Origin: Bigelowiella natans CCMP2755
Lineage: Eukaryota; Protista; Cercozoa
Direction of reading: 5' to 3'
DNA: 64,000 nucleotides
NCBI GenBank assembly: GCA_000320545.1
Contig: ADNK01002407.1
Span: 1-64,000 of the forward strand
Part shown: one piece after another, positions 12,365-23,824 of the stretch
How the letters are laid out: each line of letters opens with the position of its first letter
Position numbering within the stretch: the stretch's first letter is position 1
Notes under the pieces: generated by a model
Told to the model about the DNA's origin: nothing
Seen by the model: only the letters and a program-made list of their open reading frames with translations
Database searches by the model: none
Position numbers and translations under genes: made by a program

Positions 12365-14331
12365 GCCTCAGCTTCGCTAAGGTGTGGGCCAAGGCTGGCC
12401 TTGATGCCCACTTCGATAACCTAATAAAGTTATGCAGCAACACCCTATTGAATGCTAAGCTAGACACTACTAGACCAGCTACCCTATGGACAGACTGGTC
12501 TAAGCTAGGTATGGCTGCTGTACTTACCCAAGACCAGCAGATCATACGGGTGTGGGGCAGGGCCTGCACAGCAGCTGAGGCCAAGTACAGCCCTACAAAA
12601 GGAGAGTATAAAGCCATGACTGAGGCGCAGAGGAAACTAAGATACTACCTGCTGTCGGTGCCCAGCTTCACCTTAATGACTGACCACAAGCCCCTCCTAG
12701 GCATCGACCGCAAGCTCGAAGCGCCTAACGATGAGTATGCAGCTATGAGGGCGGACACGGAAGAGTTTAGGGACAAGAGGACAGTGGTCTACGCACCAGG
12801 AGACAAGCAGCTTGCTGACTATTTCAGCAGGCTGTTCGAAAAGAAAGTCCCTACCCAGGTCACCCCTATGGTTAACGCGATTACCTTCGAGGACGGCGAC
12901 TTCCTGCCTGAGCCAGAGGAGCTCCAGCACCTTCAAGAACACCTGGATAAATACAAACACAAGCATGAGGTACTTAGTGATAGGATATATGTATACACTA
13001 ATAATGTTAGGCGTACCTACGTGCCACGGCGGACCAGGGGAGCCCTTCTCTTTACCGCCCATGGACCTGCACACGTAGGAGAAAACCATATCACTGCTCT
13101 ACTCTACCATTACTACTGGCCCTACAAGCTAAAAGAGATAAGGACATACCTGCGTGGCTGCAGGTGCTCCAGCTTGAAGGCGGCAGGCGTCGCCACCAAG
13201 GAGTCCAGCAAGAGCCGTGCATCTAAGAAAATCAAAGCAAGGAACTTCTTAGATATCGTGCAAATTGATGTTTATAAGTACGATGGCTATCACTACCTTA
13301 CCTTCGTTGATGTGGCCACTGGAAAGTGCTGGGTTAAAAAGATTATCAAGGTCAACGTTGCTAAGAAGAACAAAGGCTTATATAAGCAGAGGCTTACTAA
13401 CTGCTACCGTACCTGGGAGTCTGAGCTCCAGGCTATCCCTGATGAAGTTAGCATAAACAAGATACCAAAGAAGTTACATGTGGATAATGAGACCTCTCTT
13501 CTACAGCTACCACACCCTAATATTGATGCCTCACCTGTATACTATGCCCAGTCCAACTCCAAGGTAGAGCGACTCCACCGCACCTTGGCCAACCTAAGCA
13601 GGATAAATAGCACCACACCAGACAAGATACAAGGGTTAGTAAACGACACCTTCACGTCTGGGGGAGGTATCAAGGATAAGGAGAGGGAAGAAGGCGACGA
13701 CAACGACGACGATACCGAGAGCGAAGACGAGAAGGTCCCGTACGATGGCCGAGTTCTAAAGGAAGGACAGTATGTTAGGGCCAAGGTAAATCTGAGATCG
13801 AGAAATAAACAAGACCCCTTCTGGGGTGGCGTTGCAAAGGTTACCGAGAGGAAGGGGAGGAAGCAGTACTACATCTATGATGGGAACAGGGTCACCTTGC
13901 GCCACATCAGTCACCTAAAGAATTATGATATCGGTGAGAAGCTCCTAGAGGATGTTAAAGTAAACCCTACTGTGTGGGAGCGAGCAATGCCTTGTTTAGG
14001 ACCCCGACCTAAGTTCGATGTGGAATATGGAAACAATAAGGTCAGGGTGAACGACGATTGGCGCATGAAGATTGTCTATCTAGGCTACCCTGGATTACGA
14101 AATATGGAGAGGGTAGCTATGAAAATAAAGGACGGAAAATATCAGCTACTCTACCTAGCTGTTCCCGACTTACCCTTTGAGCACTGGTATAAGGTCCTGG
14201 GGGACCTTGATGCAGAGGGCTGGTATGGACACGAACCTAAGGACGAAGGTGAGTTCTGGGTAAGCGACAAAGGAGATAAGGTTAGAGAGGAATCTATTAC
14301 CTGGTGGTTGGTGAAGTTCCGAAAGCGATGA
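12268..14331 (+). CDS. pol: Pol C-terminal part: RT connection, RNase H, integrase and an extra C-terminal domain
   Basis: RNase H LWTDWSKLG, E..YSPTKGE, TDHKPLLG, ADYFSR. Integrase Zn-binding H..H/C.C and D-D-E (QIDV, HVDNE, SKVERLHRTL), followed by a GPY/F-like segment (KQDPFWGG). Confidence 0.92.
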   Translation: MQTAAWILRRFSPTYARTAAAFTTAYRKENSVGLSFAKVWAKAGLDAHFDNLIKLCSNTLLNAKLDTTRPATLWTDWSKLGMAAVLTQDQQIIRVWGRACTAAEAKYSPTKGEYKAMTEAQRKLRYYLLSVPSFTLMTDHKPLLGIDRKLEAPNDEYAAMRADTEEFRDKRTVVYAPGDKQLADYFSRLFEKKVPTQVTPMVNAITFEDGDFLPEPEELQHLQEHLDKYKHKHEVLSDRIYVYTNNVRRTYVPRRTRGALLFTAHGPAHVGENHITALLYHYYWPYKLKEIRTYLRGCRCSSLKAAGVATKESSKSRASKKIKARNFLDIVQIDVYKYDGYHYLTFVDVATGKCWVKKIIKVNVAKKNKGLYKQRLTNCYRTWESELQAIPDEVSINKIPKKLHVDNETSLLQLPHPNIDASPVYYAQSNSKVERLHRTLANLSRINSTTPDKIQGLVNDTFTSGGGIKDKEREEGDDNDDDTESEDEKVPYDGRVLKEGQYVRAKVNLRSRNKQDPFWGGVAKVTERKGRKQYYIYDGNRVTLRHISHLKNYDIGEKLLEDVKVNPTVWERAMPCLGPRPKFDVEYGNNKVRVNDDWRMKIVYLGYPGLRNMERVAMKIKDGKYQLLYLAVPDLPFEHWYKVLGDLDAEGWYGHEPKDEGEFWVSDKGDKVREESITWWLVKFRKR

Positions 14332-14382
14332 AGGTCTAAGGGAATAAGGAAGGAAGGAAGGAGCAACGTGACTTGGGGGAGG

Positions 14383-14708
14383 TGTAGCGCGTACCACTAC
14401 GCGGGCACAAGTCACGTGCGACAACAAAGGGGTTGTCGCGGATATAGAATATAGATAACGTAGATATTAATACAGCATAGGCACGTGGGTTCCGGCGGGA
14501 CTCATGGCAGCACACCGGAAGTGTGCTGCCCCACGTGCGGCGGCATTCGCGAAAGCTTCGCGAATGATTACGCAGTGCACGATTTAATAAAAATATAATC
14601 TTTAATAAAAATAAACACAACTCTTCAAAAGGAAGCAAACGTGCCTTTCCCCCCCCCTGCCTACTTGTGCACGTAGCGCCTCGGCCTGTGAACACCTTAC
14701 GCGCAACA
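14383..14708 (+). repeat. 3' LTR
   Basis: Apparently identical copy of 8994-9319, preceded by the PPT tgggggagg. Confidence 0.97.
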
Positions 14709-15712
14709 CCCATGCACCACAACTTTGCTGGCTTTGGCCTCTAGGCCTGACAAGATTCTCCAGCTTGCCAGTGCCGAGCTCGCCTGGATGTGCTGGCGTG
14801 CTAGCGTGGGCTTGTCCTAGTCTAGCTAGTAGTGAGTGGGGCATGCCAGCATGCTGCGACTGTTTGCTGGTCACTTTTGGAGTGCTGTGTCTGTCAGCCA
14901 GCACAGCGGAGCTTTGAACACGCGGCGAATGATGCAACAGGTCCATGGTTCTCCAATCAGAGTGCAGGTGCGACGGTGATGGCATTTGATCAAGGATGCG
15001 CTGACCCTAGTTGCAGAAGCGCAACTAGCAAGGAGAAAGCGCCGCGACATTAGTCACAGTGCAGAGTGGCAACAACAATGAGAATGAAATGAATTCATCT
15101 CCGATCCCATGCTTGTGCGGCAATGTGCACGCTTTGCTACTCGCAACATCAATCTGTCGCAACCGTCGTCATGCGCTACAGCATAGCCGCGTAGCAGTCA
15201 CACTGTATGCGGGCATCTAGTCCAATATAACTTCGTGATGAGGTGAGAAAAACTAATGAATGATAATAAAGCTATGACATGGCGCATACTAGGCCGCAAA
15301 GCGATTCCTCGCGCACCGGACGCCCGCCTACACTTCAGGGGCCTCCTGCAGCTCAGTTCCCTGCTGATTTGCGGCACCATCCTCATCGCCAGGGAGGAGA
15401 ACCTCCCCTCCCTGCGCGCGGTCTTGTGAAGGCCTCGGCGACGACAAGTAGAATTTGTAGAGAGCTCCTCCTGCGCCGCCGAGCGCTGCTATGCCAGCAA
15501 GCGCGCCAAACACGATTCCGATGGTTTGACCTGCAGTGAGGCCGCCACCGCTGCCGCCGCCACCTGATTTTGCGTATTTGGGGAGGGGGGTCGGTTTTAG
15601 GAAGGTTCGTTATCAGCATCGCTACCTTCGCCATCACCCGTGTATACAAACTGGCGTGCATAAACCATACAGCGTAGTGTATAGTAGTGTCAGCAATATA
15701 ATGTTATTTTTA

Positions 15713-15752
<40 letters not shown>

Positions 15753-15854
15753 TTATATATGCTTATCTATGTTTATATCATATGCATAAAGAAAACAAAA
15801 CACATACATATATGCGTGAGTGCGTTTGTCTGTGTGTGTGTGTGTGTTTGTGTG

Positions 15855-15890
<36 letters not shown>

Positions 15891-16599
15891 CCGCAGGCAG
15901 ATAGAAATGAAGGATTCGTGCGATTTGCTGCATTGCTAACCCCCTCCACTGCCTCCAGTGTCCCCGCCATCATCCGCGCGCCCACTTGGTTCAGCAGGAG
16001 CTCCGTTGAAGTCCTTCAAACGGAGAAACAGAGGAAGGCGCTCAGCACAACAAATCAGCAAATGCTGCGGGAAATACCCACTCGCACTAAAAAAAAAACA
16101 CGCATCCGACCGCATCAGGAGGAGACTATGGCGTTTGTTCTTCGCCGGATTGTGCTACGAATGACGGCTTTTGGTTGTCCTCGACGGTTTTGACACCGTC
16201 AAAGCGGCTGAGCATCGCATCGTGATATGTTTCATGTCGACCGTGCACGCACGTACCTGGAGGGAGATTTTTCCTACAAACGCCGGGATGCGCCTTCGCG
16301 ACATCTTGCAGAACCATGCAAAACAAAGCTGTGGTGCTGTCTAGAGCGGTTACTGTCCTTCCCAACGTGTTTACATTGTCTGATTCATGGGGAGGAGGAG
16401 GGGAGAAGGAGAGGATTAATGGCGAAAATATGCGTGCGGTTTAACCAATAACTCGTATGCAGTTGTTGCAAAGGAATGGGGAGGGGGGGGGGGGGGGGGG
16501 GGGATCCCCATTAAAATTGGATTGGAAGTTTCCCCCCCCTTTCCGTCAATGGGAAGGAGGGGGGAAAAGGGAGGGGAAACCCTTTTGGGGGGGGGATTT

Positions 16600-18223
16600 C
16601 CCCCCCCCCTCCCTTTTTCACCCCCCCCCGCGTCCCATTCGTTTCTTTCAAATTGTAAGTAGCGCTCTTCTACCGTCACGTTGCTCAAGGAGGGCGAGGG
16701 GGGTACAATGCTACTTCCATCATCGTTGGTTGAGATCAGGCGGCAAAGCATATCCTTGTTCTTGGACATTCGCATGCAGTACACAGCGGTGTAGGCGGAG
16801 AGCCTCTTCAAGCTCCGCTCGTTAGTGTTCCCGGCGACGAAGGTGACGGGGGGGGAGACCAGCAGCTTGGTGTTCGTCTTGCTGCTACGGGTAGTGTCCA
16901 CTCGGATGATTTGGCAGCTGGATTGAACGGAAACAACGCATTTGCATTAGCAAACAGCATGCTATTTGTGACCGTCGCGCAGTGAAACTGCAACCGGGAG
17001 AACAAGGGGGATGGCAGCTCGGCCAGAGGAAAGCAGGGGGGGGGAAGAACCAAAAGAAAAAGAAAACTAGGAAAGAGGAAAACATCGTTGGGACGAGATA
17101 TATTCGGCCTCTTTCGGTGTCGCGAATTCCGCCAACGACTGGATGCATTCTCTCACACATACACACACGTGCTCACACACACACACACACACACCGCGCT
17201 CTCAAACCACACACTTCTCTTCGAGAAACGCAGTAGTCGAACGAAACGAGCTGCTTCCCTCCTCACTCACTAATACTATTTTCCAGTTGAAAACTAGTAA
17301 CGAAAATAAAAATGACAAATGCGCAGATGCCTCGCAAACCATCGACGCGCAGGGGTAGAAAGGGGAGGGGAAAAGGGGGGGGAAGGGGTGGGAGGAGTTA
17401 CTTTGCTTCTCTGTCATTATGGTCATAGCACACGAGAGTAGTGAATTGCTCGAGAGATATGAGATCCACATCCCATTTAGTCCGCACTCCGGTGACCTGG
17501 ACCACCTGCGAATACGTTACACCATTAGCTTGTGGAACGGATGGAAGCCATTTAAAAAATTACAAAAATTGGTGATGATGATGATGAGATGATGGTGATG
17601 ATGATGGTGATGAGGGATGATGATGATGATGACGACGGCCAATAGGCACTTGGAGTATAATTATATTTCTTAGTCGGATTAGTTCAAGATCTGGTTTTCT
17701 CCCCCCCCCAACCCCCCCCCCCCCTTTTTGGGGCCCCCCCCCCCCCGAAACCCCTCCTGAGATAGGTCGTACCGAGTCAAAATCCGCCACCATTTTATTT
17801 GATGTTTCGTCGTAGAAGAGTACCATTGCGCCCATCTTATTCCTTTGATAAAACACAGAGATGAAGCGCGAGGTTGCATCAATGCAAACACCAATTCGAA
17901 ATGCTGTATAGCGTTTTGCCAATACACATTTATGTATGCGCTCTCTGTTTGCGTGCGCGCACGTGTGTGTATGTGGGGGGGGGGGGGTTAGGGGGGGGAT
18001 GATATTGTAGATCATATGACGCATGTTTGAGAAGTGAATCTAGTGCTGCCTACGCATGTTTTCATTTCATCAATAAATTAAATTATTATTTAGTACATTC
18101 GCTGCTCGTTCCATAGGAGCATCACGCGCCCATCGTCCAGCTCCACCAACAGCCGGTCAAACGCGTCCTTCACCACGCTTCCAAGTAGCATTTCCGTGCC
18201 TTTCACCCCCTTAAGATAATACA

Positions 18224-18258
<35 letters not shown>

Positions 18259-18460
18259 ATACCTGCTATTCACACTATACTAAAAAAAAATTGGGTTTTC
18301 TACTAAAACGTATTCGATAACAACGCTCCTGTAACATCTTCGCGGCACGTACATTAGGCGTGACTTGGAGCGAGAAGCAACGGAATTGACGCTGCCCGAT
18401 CGCGTCCACGCACATGACAGACATATCATGCTTGGCGGATAACGTCGCGGTCGGCATTCC
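16600..18460 (-). CDS. Hypothetical multi-exon protein, boundaries uncertain
   Basis: Several GC-richer open segments between microsatellite introns (e.g. KGTEMLLGSVVKDAFDRLLVELDDGRVMLLW; RYTAFRIGVCIDATSRFISVFY; TKLLVSPPVTFVAGNTNERSLKRL). No family recognised. Confidence 0.4.
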
Positions 18461-21040
18461 TAATCACAAGGAATACCAAACATAGGGAATAAGCGAGTGA
18501 AAACATTTTCTGGTTCAAATGGCCTTCGAAGAGAGCATATCACAATAGGTGGGGGGGCATGAGCGTCTGCAATAAATTCAATCCCCAGGAGCATACGAAG
18601 CTTGCGTGTCTTCATATCGTAACAGTTACTGCTGCGCGCAGAGGGTGGGTGTGTGTTCGATTATTACTGTATTGGTAGGTCGGATAAGCTGTTGAATTGT
18701 GGAAGATGTCGCTGTCTCCAACACGTTCTAAACCGTCCGCGCTGTATCACAACGAATTTGGGGAATGGAGAAGTAAGGGGGGGAGAAGGGGGGTGGGAGA
18801 GTTCGCTCGTTTAGTGCAGTAGCTGCGATAAAAAGACGGTAAAATCATGCCAATCTTTGCGAACAATCTTCCTTAAAAAGAAGGTAGTATTATGCGGATC
18901 TTTATGAACAACAATCTTTAGTTTGCGGCTCCCGGTCACCATCTTCGTTCGGAAATACCTTAACTCCAACGCAGAGCAGCGGATCAAACCCTTATGGAGC
19001 GAGCAGCAAATCGCATACTTGTAGTTGACGAGGTGGCAAGAGGACTGCTGACCCTCCCCGAAACACACTCGGTCGCCAACGGTAGCTGGGACGTCACCGG
19101 AGCTATCTACAATGATCGCGTGGAAGGAATCCGCTGCACGGTAGCTGTACAGTACGCGTTTCGTGTCTTCGCCTCCGGGCCTACATCATCACAACATGCT
19201 TAGAATAGCCTCCCAGTAGGGAAGTCATCGTGGGGAGAGCCATACCCTTTCAAAGGAAGGACGAATGTCTGCTCGAAGAGATTGGCGTCTCGGCCAAAGA
19301 CAAGGTCCACATTTCGCGCCACAACACCAGTGGAGTTTGCAATGCTCTGCTTAGCAAAGGAGCCTGCTGCTTGACACAACAGGAGCAGGACTGCCACGAC
19401 GGGGCGAATGGTGGTCATTCGAATGGGAGGGAATCGCTTGTTGTGGATGGAGTTCGAGTCGGAGCTTGGTCTCGCAGTATTTGCGACATCGCAATTTCGT
19501 TGTCTCTACCTCATAATCACCGTCCGTTTTGCCAATATGCCGCTCTTCGTTGAAAGGAAACTGCCGGTCGTGCCGGGATTAATTGAAGTGGTGACGTTTC
19601 TCATGCGTTTCGCGTTGATTTCGAAGAAGATTTGCTTGATTTTGGATGTTTGGCAAAGCGTTCGCATATTTACCCCGAAATCGGATCCGCACCTCCTCCA
19701 AACCCTTCTTCATTTTTCTTGGTGGAACGTCGAAGAACACGAATCTCGAACCTGGAATCTTAGTGTTTGCCTTCAAACCTGCTCTGCTCGTGTTGCTGGT
19801 CTTCACTTGAGCCGCAATGCAAGGGGAAAGTGACTTACGTCTCACTCTGGAAATGCACGTCAGGAAAAAAAAGAACAAAGTGATCAGCACTTTTTGCGCA
19901 CTCAGTGATCGCAGAAACAGTGCTGAGTGGAACAGATGTCTTCGAGGAAGCACGCATAGATGTGGTAACGACCTTCCTCACTCAAAGCTTTTGATTGATG
20001 AGCAAAAGGATGGCCGTGTTCGCTGGAGATGTGACACACTTGCAAACTTTGCACAAGGAATTGGAACGAGCATTGGACGAAAAAGGAAACATGAAAATTG
20101 AAACAAGTTCCATGGTTGTCGAGTGGAGTGTTGGTGGCACGCTGAGAACAATTGTTTTGCAGCTTTCGCTAGTTCGTCTGAGCGTAGCACGCAGGTGCAA
20201 ACAAAGGCAACGACTGCACGCAACGCTCCAGAATGACTGTGAACACATCGCATGCAAGCACAGCAACACTAGATCCAAACAAGTGTGGACACGTTGCCAT
20301 CGCTAGATCATCTAGTCGTGTTGTGGATGCACTTTCTATGTGTGCTAATCAATCTAGCAATAATAGACATAGTAATAGCATATATGTTACATATATGACA
20401 TTACGTGTCTACAACTCGGGGCCCAAAAAAGGGCTTATACTTATAATAGACATAGTAATAGCATATATATTATATATATGATATTACGTGTCTATAATAG
20501 CAATGCTGGAATGTGCAGTGCTTATGTGCTGGAGCATGACAGTGTGGGCACGTCGCCTTGGCATGGTTGGTGAATTGAAGGCCGCAGCACGGACAAGCTA
20601 GCCAGCAAGAATTGAGCGTTCCATGAGCTGCAAGCTAGCAAGCATCGGACATCACTAGATCATTTTTGTGACATTTGAGAGCCGCAACACTCCCAATGGC
20701 TAGCAGCTAGCAGTCAGGCTAGCTTGCAGCGCTCGCACAGTTGCAATCGCGCGCAGGCCTATAGGCCGCGAAACATGCAGGCTGCACGCACACACACCTA
20801 GACACACGTGAACAACAACTGCATGACATCGCAGCTTAGCTTTGCGAATTCGGGTTCACGTTCTCACGCACAGCATTGAAAACTCTAAAATGCGAAACAA
20901 ATGCTCTAGCTTTCGCAAAATCTGACGCATGAACACAATCATGACTTCATATCACTGGGCAATGTGTGCAATGACGGTCAGACGTGAGGATGTTGAAATG
21001 AACCCAAACGAGGTGCTTGCATGCAATGAAAGAACACGTG

Positions 21041-21159
21041 TCATCTTTTTGCGACTATTTTCAAATTCAATGAGCAACCCATGCAACTAAATATCTCACA
21101 TCCCTCCAAAATATCCTCCTTTGTGGCCTTTGTATGTGCACATCATTTCATTTTTTTTG

Positions 21160-21204
<45 letters not shown>

Positions 21205-22174
21205 TCGGAGAAAAGGAGGGGATAGAGAACAGAACAACAACGAGGGATGAATGGACGGGAGATTACAACTACATGCATATTGTTTTTGGTCTTTATTTCT
21301 GTAGGTCTGTCTCAAATTACCTCAAATAATTGGCCACATCTGCAAGGATATGTGTAAATGATTAACTTTGGTCTAGGATTTGCCCCCTCTTCACTCGAAT
21401 TTCGTGACGCATCCCCTCGATCTTCGTCGTCATCTTCTTCCTCCTCTTCTTCTTCTTCACAGGTCATTTCTGAAAGGGAAACTTCATATGCGATGCTTAA
21501 TGACACTTCTTCTTGCCTCTCCAATTCTCTGCGGTAGATAAACATATGATAAAAAGATTGTCAGTTCTATAGTAGTTTGGACGTGCACGTCTCTTACTTA
21601 TCGTATTCCTCTCGGCGCTTTTCGTCGCCCAGTATGCTCCAAGCGGCTTGTACCCGTTGAAATTCAGCAGAGGCTTTCTCTTTTGTCTGTTCATGGTTCG
21701 GGGTTGTGATACTTGTGTGTGCCTGTGAATGGGTCTTTGTGTACGAGGAAGGTGGGGGGGGAAGGAGATGCTTACATGCATATCCAAGCATGTTTATGTG
21801 CACATCACGTACGTCTTTGTCCTTAGTGGTGTGCTTATCAGGATGGGACCGACGAGCTGCCAGTTTGTATGCTGTAGAAAGAGCAGAATTCAGGACAGTC
21901 ATAGAGAGTCATGCATGGAATACGTATAGTGTGTAGTCAGAAAAATTACCTCTCCGAATGTCGTTGTAACTAGCACCTGACTCAACTCCAAGCACTTCGT
22001 AGTGGCAACGAGAGCTACTTGACTAACAACATTCAAAACCACGCGCATTAAACTCGGCATTAAGTTATGGAAAACTATCATTTAGATTTCGGCGCTGTGT
22101 AAATCTTGAATAGGCTTAATTGAAAGAAGTGCTCTCACCGCCGACGAGGTCGCTTCATCGGCATGGGTAGCCAT
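21041..22174 (-). CDS. DPH4: DnaJ + CSL zinc finger protein (DPH4/DNAJC24)
   Basis: Exons give CHYEVLGV, AYKLAARRSHPDK, EFQRVQAAWSILGDEKRREEYD, YTYPCRCG, and a last exon ATKEDILEGCEIFSCMGCSLNLKIVAKR*. Confidence 0.9.
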
Positions 22175-22881
22175 TCTTCCTGTAAATCAGGACTTCGTTT
22201 TTTGCGAAAATTGCCTTTAATTTTTACATGCGGCAAAAAGAGAATAGGGTAAATTCTATAATTTCGATGATTAGTGTTAGCGCTGGGAAATATGTCGTAG
22301 AAATATTCGCCTAACTTTTTTTGTTCAAACGCGAAATTCTAGAGAAAATATCATCGATAAAACTACCATTATGTGAACACTATATTCGATATTACAAGAC
22401 AACAACTACAACAATAAACCTGGAGCGGCCCGCAGGCGAAGACGAGGGGGGGACCGCACCCTATTGAATCAGTAAAGCCGCCCCCCCAGATAAAAAAACG
22501 ATAATAATGCCTGTGCTAGTCTGCACGTCGTCCTGGTGGCAAATAAATCACGCTGTGAAACCACGCGAGGAGGAAAACAGAAGCAACAGATCCAAATCAA
22601 CAGCATCTGGAACCCTTCGTCCTGAAACGAAGAACCGAAAGGTATTTGAGTTCGTGATTAGTGCTGATATTGCCTGCGTATGGATGTATACCGCGCCGCG
22701 AAGTGGGGTGATAATGGCGCCTATATACCCCAGACGCGGACGCTAGACCCTCAAGATGCCCTTGGAGAGAAAGTTTACGACAATCTTAGAGGCTTCTACA
22801 CCAGGGCCTGCAAGTGCGTAGCATATAGTATATTGGGATCTCAACCTCGTTGTTGATCAAGAGGCGTATTACGTTTTCTCA

Positions 22882-22927
<46 letters not shown>

Positions 22928-22984
22928 CCTCTCTCGCTCTTTCTCTTCCGTGCACTCGATCAAGCAAATACATCAATTTTGGTT

Positions 22985-23017
<33 letters not shown>

Positions 23018-23649
23018 GTATGTGTGTGTGTGTGTGTGTGTGTGCGTGCATGCGCGCGCGCGCCGGTGGTTTGCAATAATTTGGTTGCAGGCTATCCCGT
23101 TGTGCACCTCTTTACACCATTGTGTTGTTCCCCTCCAGGAAATGGTTCCGAGAGGGACGCCACGTGGACGAGCCCAACCGTGTTAGTTACTACTGCAAAG
23201 CGCATGACAAAATGATCAAGGTTACTCAATGATCTTCCCTAAAAGAAGGAAGAGGAAGAAAAAGAAGCACAAATACCTGTATCGTTCGCCTTGGCGTTCG
23301 ACTACTCGCATCGCTACATCGATGACTCTCGCGTTTTGTCGCGCAGAATCAGTGCAGTAGCGTGTGTTCAGGAAGAGCTTAACGGAGGGGGCTTGGGGGT
23401 GAAAGATACGAGCATCGGCCAATGATATATACTGAGTTATGATTTAAAATTCTGATGTGATGCACTGCTCCTTCTTCTTCTTCTTCTTCTTCTTCTTCTC
23501 CTTCTTCTTCTTCTTGTTGCTCATGTTTTCCCCAGTTGGCATTGCTGTATCTTCGATTAAGCTCAATGAAGTACCGGTGTGAGGTGTCTGGCGCTCATCG
23601 AACACCGGTTCAATGTGCTAGAATACATATATATATATATATATATATG

Positions 23650-23688
<39 letters not shown>

Positions 23689-23824
23689 TTATATTACTCG
23701 TAATTGTTTAGCACACACGCACACGCACACGCGCACAACACACCGCAATAATCAAAGCGTAGATCACGCAGCAGTGATGTTCTAAAAGCCGAAGCACACA
23801 CGAGAAAACTCAACACCTATTCCC

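Larger units (their letters stand above)
8994..14708 (+). mobile_element. Full-length Ty3/Gypsy LTR retrotransposon, recent insertion
   Basis: Two 326-bp TG..CA LTRs. 4-bp TSD CCCA (8990-8993 and 14709-14712). PBS-like TGGCTTCC at ~9325, polypurine tract 14374-14382. Domain order gag-PR-RT-RH-IN. Confidence 0.97.

Noticed and set aside
15274-16450. Possible plus-strand gene
   Set aside because: Coding-like segments could not be joined into a consistent frame and no family was recognised.
16480-16630. G/C homopolymer-rich quasi-palindrome (similar stretches at ~17690-17760 and 26440-26520) as a structured element
   Set aside because: It looks like low-quality base-calling next to poly-G/C runs. 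A biological role cannot be supported.
18811-19418. Signal-peptide ORF MTTIRPVVAVLLLLCQAAG
   Set aside because: It stops after 72 codons with no clear splice path. It may be a pseudogene or the 5' end of the downstream hypothetical gene.
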